Of a stretch of DNA of 64,000 nt, positions 61,136-64,000 are shown piece after piece. The DNA comes from Steroidobacteraceae bacterium. GTDB lineage: Bacteria > Pseudomonadota > Gammaproteobacteria > Steroidobacterales > Steroidobacteraceae. The stretch lies in assembly GCA_035713045.1 (NCBI GenBank), contig DASTAC010000172.1, positions 17,862 to 81,861 on the forward strand. Reading direction: 5' to 3'. Position 1 is the stretch's first letter, and each line of letters begins with the position of its first letter. The notes beneath the pieces were generated by a model that did no database searches, had not been told where the DNA came from, and worked only from the letters and a program-made list of their open reading frames with translations. The position numbers were made by a program, and so were the translations under genes.

Positions 61136-62635
61136 GTGGTCAGTGGCGCGTCCCTGCCTGCTGCTCGGCGCGCCACCGTCCTCCTCCTCCTCTCACTGAC
61201 CGCCGCCCTCGCGGCTGCGGGCCGCGCTCTGGCCGCCGGACAGATCACGCTCTCACCCTGCGAGCTGCGCCAGAGCCAGGGACTCACGCTGATCCAGGCG
61301 CGATGCGGCCGCCTGCCCGTGCCCGAGAATCCCGCCGCGCCGCAGGGGCGGAAAATCGGCCTGCGCGTGGCGGTGGTGCCCGCAATCAGCACGCATGCGC
61401 GCCCCGACCCGCTCTTCGTCCTGGCGGGAGGGCCGGGAATGGCCGCCACCTCCTTCTACGCGAGCGTGGCGCCGGTGTTCGCGCGCATCCACCGCGACCG
61501 CGACATCGTTCTCCTCGACCAGCGGGGCACCGGTGGCTCGAACGCACTCGCCTGCGAGTCGAGTCAGGAGGATCTTTATCGGAGCACCACGGCGCGGATC
61601 GTCACCGAGACCGAGCGCTGCCTGAAGATGCTGCGCGCGCACGCCCACGTGCGGTTCTACACCACGAGCCTGGCCGTGCGGGATCTCGATCGGGTGCGCG
61701 CGGCGTTGGGTTATCGCCGGATCAACCTCTACGGATCCTCCTACGGCACGATCGTCGCGCAGGAATACATCCGCCGCTATCCCCATAGGGTCCGCAGCGT
61801 GATCCTCGACGGCGTCGTGCCGCCCCAACTGGCGCTCGGGGCCACGAGCGCCCTCGATGCCCAGGCCTCGTTGACGGGCATCTTCTCCCGCTGCGCGCGC
61901 GAGCCCGCCTGTCATGCGCGCTTCGGCGATCCGGCGGCATCCTACCGGCAGGTCCGCGACGAGCTGGGCGGCCATCCGCGCTGGGTGGATCTGACCGACC
62001 CGACGAGCGGCGAGCCCTACCGACTGCAATTCAACAGCGATCAGCTCGCGATGATCCTGCGCCTCGCGAGCTACACGCCGCAGCTCGCCGCGCTCCTGCC
62101 GCTCGACCTGCACGAGGGCGCATCGGGCAACTTCGCTCCGCTCGCCGGCCAGTTCCTGCTCATCGATCGCAGGTACGGGAATGCGATAGCGGAAGGCATG
62201 AACGACACCGTGGTGTGCTCCGAGGACGTACCTTTCTATCACGTGACCGCGAAGCAGCGCGCCGAGCTCGCCCGGACCTTCCTCGGCACCTCGCAGCTCG
62301 ATGGGCTCGAGGCCATCTGCAAGAACTGGCCGCGCGGTCCCGTCGATCCCGATTTCCACCAGCCGCTGCACTCGCACGTGCCGGCGCTGCTGCTCTCGGG
62401 GCGCAACGATCCGGTCACCCCGCCGCGTTACGCCGCGCTGGCGAGACGCGGCTTCGCGCAGAGCCTCAGCCTGGTGATTCCGGGGTTCGGGCACGGACAG
62501 CTCACCGATCCCTGCATGGGCCGCGTGATGTCGCAGTTCGTCCGCCTCGCCTCCGTCGTGGGCCTCGATACGGCCTGCACGCGGCGACTCTCCCCCATGC
62601 CGTTCTTCCTGACGCGCAACGGGCCGGCCCCTTGA
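61136..62635 (+). CDS. secreted alpha/beta hydrolase (tripeptidyl-aminopeptidase / TAP-like, S33-type)
   Basis: [17 protein letters not shown], nucleophile elbow GSSYGT and a C-terminal TAP-like segment ([20 protein letters not shown]). Signal peptide [25 protein letters not shown]. The start is uncertain: GTG 61136 is favoured over GTG 61028, which lies only 16 nt from the mnmG start. Confidence 0.72.
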   Translation: MVSGASLPAARRATVLLLLSLTAALAAAGRALAAGQITLSPCELRQSQGLTLIQARCGRLPVPENPAAPQGRKIGLRVAVVPAISTHARPDPLFVLAGGPGMAATSFYASVAPVFARIHRDRDIVLLDQRGTGGSNALACESSQEDLYRSTTARIVTETERCLKMLRAHAHVRFYTTSLAVRDLDRVRAALGYRRINLYGSSYGTIVAQEYIRRYPHRVRSVILDGVVPPQLALGATSALDAQASLTGIFSRCAREPACHARFGDPAASYRQVRDELGGHPRWVDLTDPTSGEPYRLQFNSDQLAMILRLASYTPQLAALLPLDLHEGASGNFAPLAGQFLLIDRRYGNAIAEGMNDTVVCSEDVPFYHVTAKQRAELARTFLGTSQLDGLEAICKNWPRGPVDPDFHQPLHSHVPALLLSGRNDPVTPPRYAALARRGFAQSLSLVIPGFGHGQLTDPCMGRVMSQFVRLASVVGLDTACTRRLSPMPFFLTRNGPAP

Positions 62636-63858
62636 TCGAGGCCAAGGGTCGCGTCAGACGCTCCGGGGCGGCCGCCGCGGCCGGGGTCATCTACCGCGTC
62701 TTCGCCAAGGAGTTCATCGAGAATCTGCGCGATCGGCGCACGCTGATCTCGGCGTTGATCCTCGGGCCGCTCTTCGGTCCGCTCCTGGTGGCGACCGCGC
62801 TGTCCCTGACCTTCCGCGGCGCGGGAGCACAGAGCAACCGCCCGCTGCACCTGACGGTGTCGCATGCGCAGCGCGCGCCGGACCTGCTGGACTTTCTGCG
62901 CGAGCACGATGTCAGGATCCGCAGCGTCGATGAAGATCGCGCCGCGGCGCGGCGCACGGTCGCCACCCACCGCCGCGAGCTGATCCTGCTCATCCCGAGA
63001 GACTTCGGCCTGCGGCTGCAGGCCGGACAGCCCTCCCCGTTGCCGCTCTTCGCCGACGAGGCCGATACCGCGAGCGCGAGAAAGGTCGAACGGCTCGCCG
63101 CCCTCGTCGGCCGATACGGCGCGACCATCGCCCGTCTGCGCCTGATCGCGCGCGGGCTGGATCCGCTGCTCACCGTGCCGATCGTTCTGCAGCCCATCGA
63201 CATCTCGACGCCCGCCGCCCGCTCGGCCCTGGCGCTCGGGACGCTGAGCTACCTCGTGCTGCTCACCATGCTGATGGGCGGCATGTATCTCGCGATCGAC
63301 GCCACCGCCGGCGAGCGGGAGCGCGGCTCGCTCGAGCCCCTGCTCACCGCGCCCGTGCGCCGCGAGCATCTCATCTACGGCAAGATCCTGGCGGCGTGCG
63401 CCTACATGGCGTTGTCGCTCATACTGACGGTGAGCGCGTTCGCGATAGCGCTCAGGTTCGTGGGTCTCGAGCGCTTCGGCATGAGCGCCGACTTCGGGCC
63501 ATCGGTGGCGCTCGGCATCGTGCTCGCGTGCCTGCCGCTGGTGCCCCTGGGCGCTGCGCTCATGACGCTGGTGGCCGCGTACACCCGCAGCTACCGGGAG
63601 GCGCAGACCTACGTCGGCCTCGTCCTCCTCGCACCCACGCTGCCGCTCGTATTCGCGGGCATCCTCGGACTGCAGCCGCGGGCGCCGCTCATGGCGATAC
63701 CGTCCCTCGGCCAGCAGTTCATCATCCTGAGCCTCATCAGGATGCAGCCGCTGCCCTCATCCTACGTGGCGCTGTCGGTGTGCTCCACGCTGGCGCTCGG
63801 AGCGGCGCTGGTCTTCGCCGCCGGCCGTCTCTATCGCCGCGAGGCGTTGCTTGGCTGA
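62632..63858 (+). CDS. ABC-2-type transporter permease, NatB-like
   Basis: [15 protein letters not shown]..., a large extracytoplasmic loop, [20 protein letters not shown] and 5 C-terminal TM helices. The only in-frame start after the upstream stop is TTG 62632 (TTGA overlap with the hydrolase stop). Confidence 0.68.
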   Translation: MIEAKGRVRRSGAAAAAGVIYRVFAKEFIENLRDRRTLISALILGPLFGPLLVATALSLTFRGAGAQSNRPLHLTVSHAQRAPDLLDFLREHDVRIRSVDEDRAAARRTVATHRRELILLIPRDFGLRLQAGQPSPLPLFADEADTASARKVERLAALVGRYGATIARLRLIARGLDPLLTVPIVLQPIDISTPAARSALALGTLSYLVLLTMLMGGMYLAIDATAGERERGSLEPLLTAPVRREHLIYGKILAACAYMALSLILTVSAFAIALRFVGLERFGMSADFGPSVALGIVLACLPLVPLGAALMTLVAAYTRSYREAQTYVGLVLLAPTLPLVFAGILGLQPRAPLMAIPSLGQQFIILSLIRMQPLPSSYVALSVCSTLALGAALVFAAGRLYRREALLG

Positions 63859-64000
63859 AGAGCCTCCTTGCGGCGCAGCGCGTGAACATGCCTGTCGGCG
63901 AAAGCGCGGGCCTCGACTTCGAAACGGTTGTTCCAGTAGCCGCGGCGCAGCCACTCCAAGGCGTATCGTCGCAGGGTCAGATCGCCGGGCTCCCACTGTT
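63831..64000 (-). CDS. 3' end of an unidentified minus-strand gene entering from beyond the window
   Basis: Hand translation gives ...[55 protein letters not shown], with stop TAG at 63831-63833. Third-codon positions are strongly G/C-biased and the composition is protein-like. Overlaps the natB-like 3' end by 28 nt. No family recognised. Confidence 0.35.
   Translation of the reverse strand, partial: QWEPGDLTLRRYALEWLRRGYWNNRFEVEARAFADRHVHALRRKEALQPSNASRR

Noticed and set aside
61012-61449. 146-aa N-terminal extension of mnmG in the 787-aa track ORF
   Set aside because: MnmG homology starts at [18 protein letters not shown] (ATG 61011). The extension is Ala/Arg/Gly-rich shadow overlapping the divergent hydrolase gene.

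Overview
This is a 64-kb stretch of a high-GC (about two-thirds G+C by eye) proteobacterial chromosome, most likely gammaproteobacterial, spanning the replication-origin neighbourhood. It is almost entirely coding. I call about 56 protein genes and find no rRNA, tRNA, CRISPR, transposase or integrase. Gene content from left to right:
- 1-30 kb: an htrA-like protease (5' partial), cytochrome c4, dtd, tatABC, a POT peptide transporter, a periplasmic methyltransferase, a lipid A acyltransferase, a VOC protein, an APC permease, a HemD-like protein, DedA, an S41 Ctp protease, a GGDEF/EAL protein and envC. Then come the conserved rhodanese-grxC-secB-gpsA unit, MAPEG, SRPBCC, a class-1 pyrD-like gene, glnA-(DUF4124)-ntrB-ntrC with a readable sigma-54 promoter and NtrC sites, and glyQS-plsC.
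- 30-38.4 kb: a less core-looking stretch with a NodC/HasA-like GT2 synthase, a Rieske protein, an S53 sedolisin, an MFS transporter, a secreted Gly/Ala/Ser/Asn-rich low-complexity protein, an lhgO-like oxidase and vapBC.
- 38.4-64 kb: a three-subunit xanthine-dehydrogenase-family enzyme, then gyrB-recF-dnaN-dnaA (minus strand) facing rpmH-rnpA-yidD-yidC-mnmE (plus strand). After that come a USP::EmrA fusion with emrB, mnmG-pyrF-SBP, a secreted alpha/beta hydrolase and a NatB-like permease.

I found no clear-cut novel multi-gene system. The best leads are:
1. An in-frame universal-stress-protein/EmrA adaptor fusion.
2. The sedolisin-Rieske-GT2 cluster next to a secreted low-complexity protein.
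3. An AT-rich, DnaA-box-bearing dnaA-dnaN spacer as the candidate oriC.
4. REP-like hairpin repeats splitting tatA from tatB.

All functions are assigned by motif and family recognition by eye plus synteny, because no database search was possible. Many long ORFs in the supplied track are antisense or out-of-frame shadows typical of high-GC DNA. The track also renders GTG/TTG starts as M.
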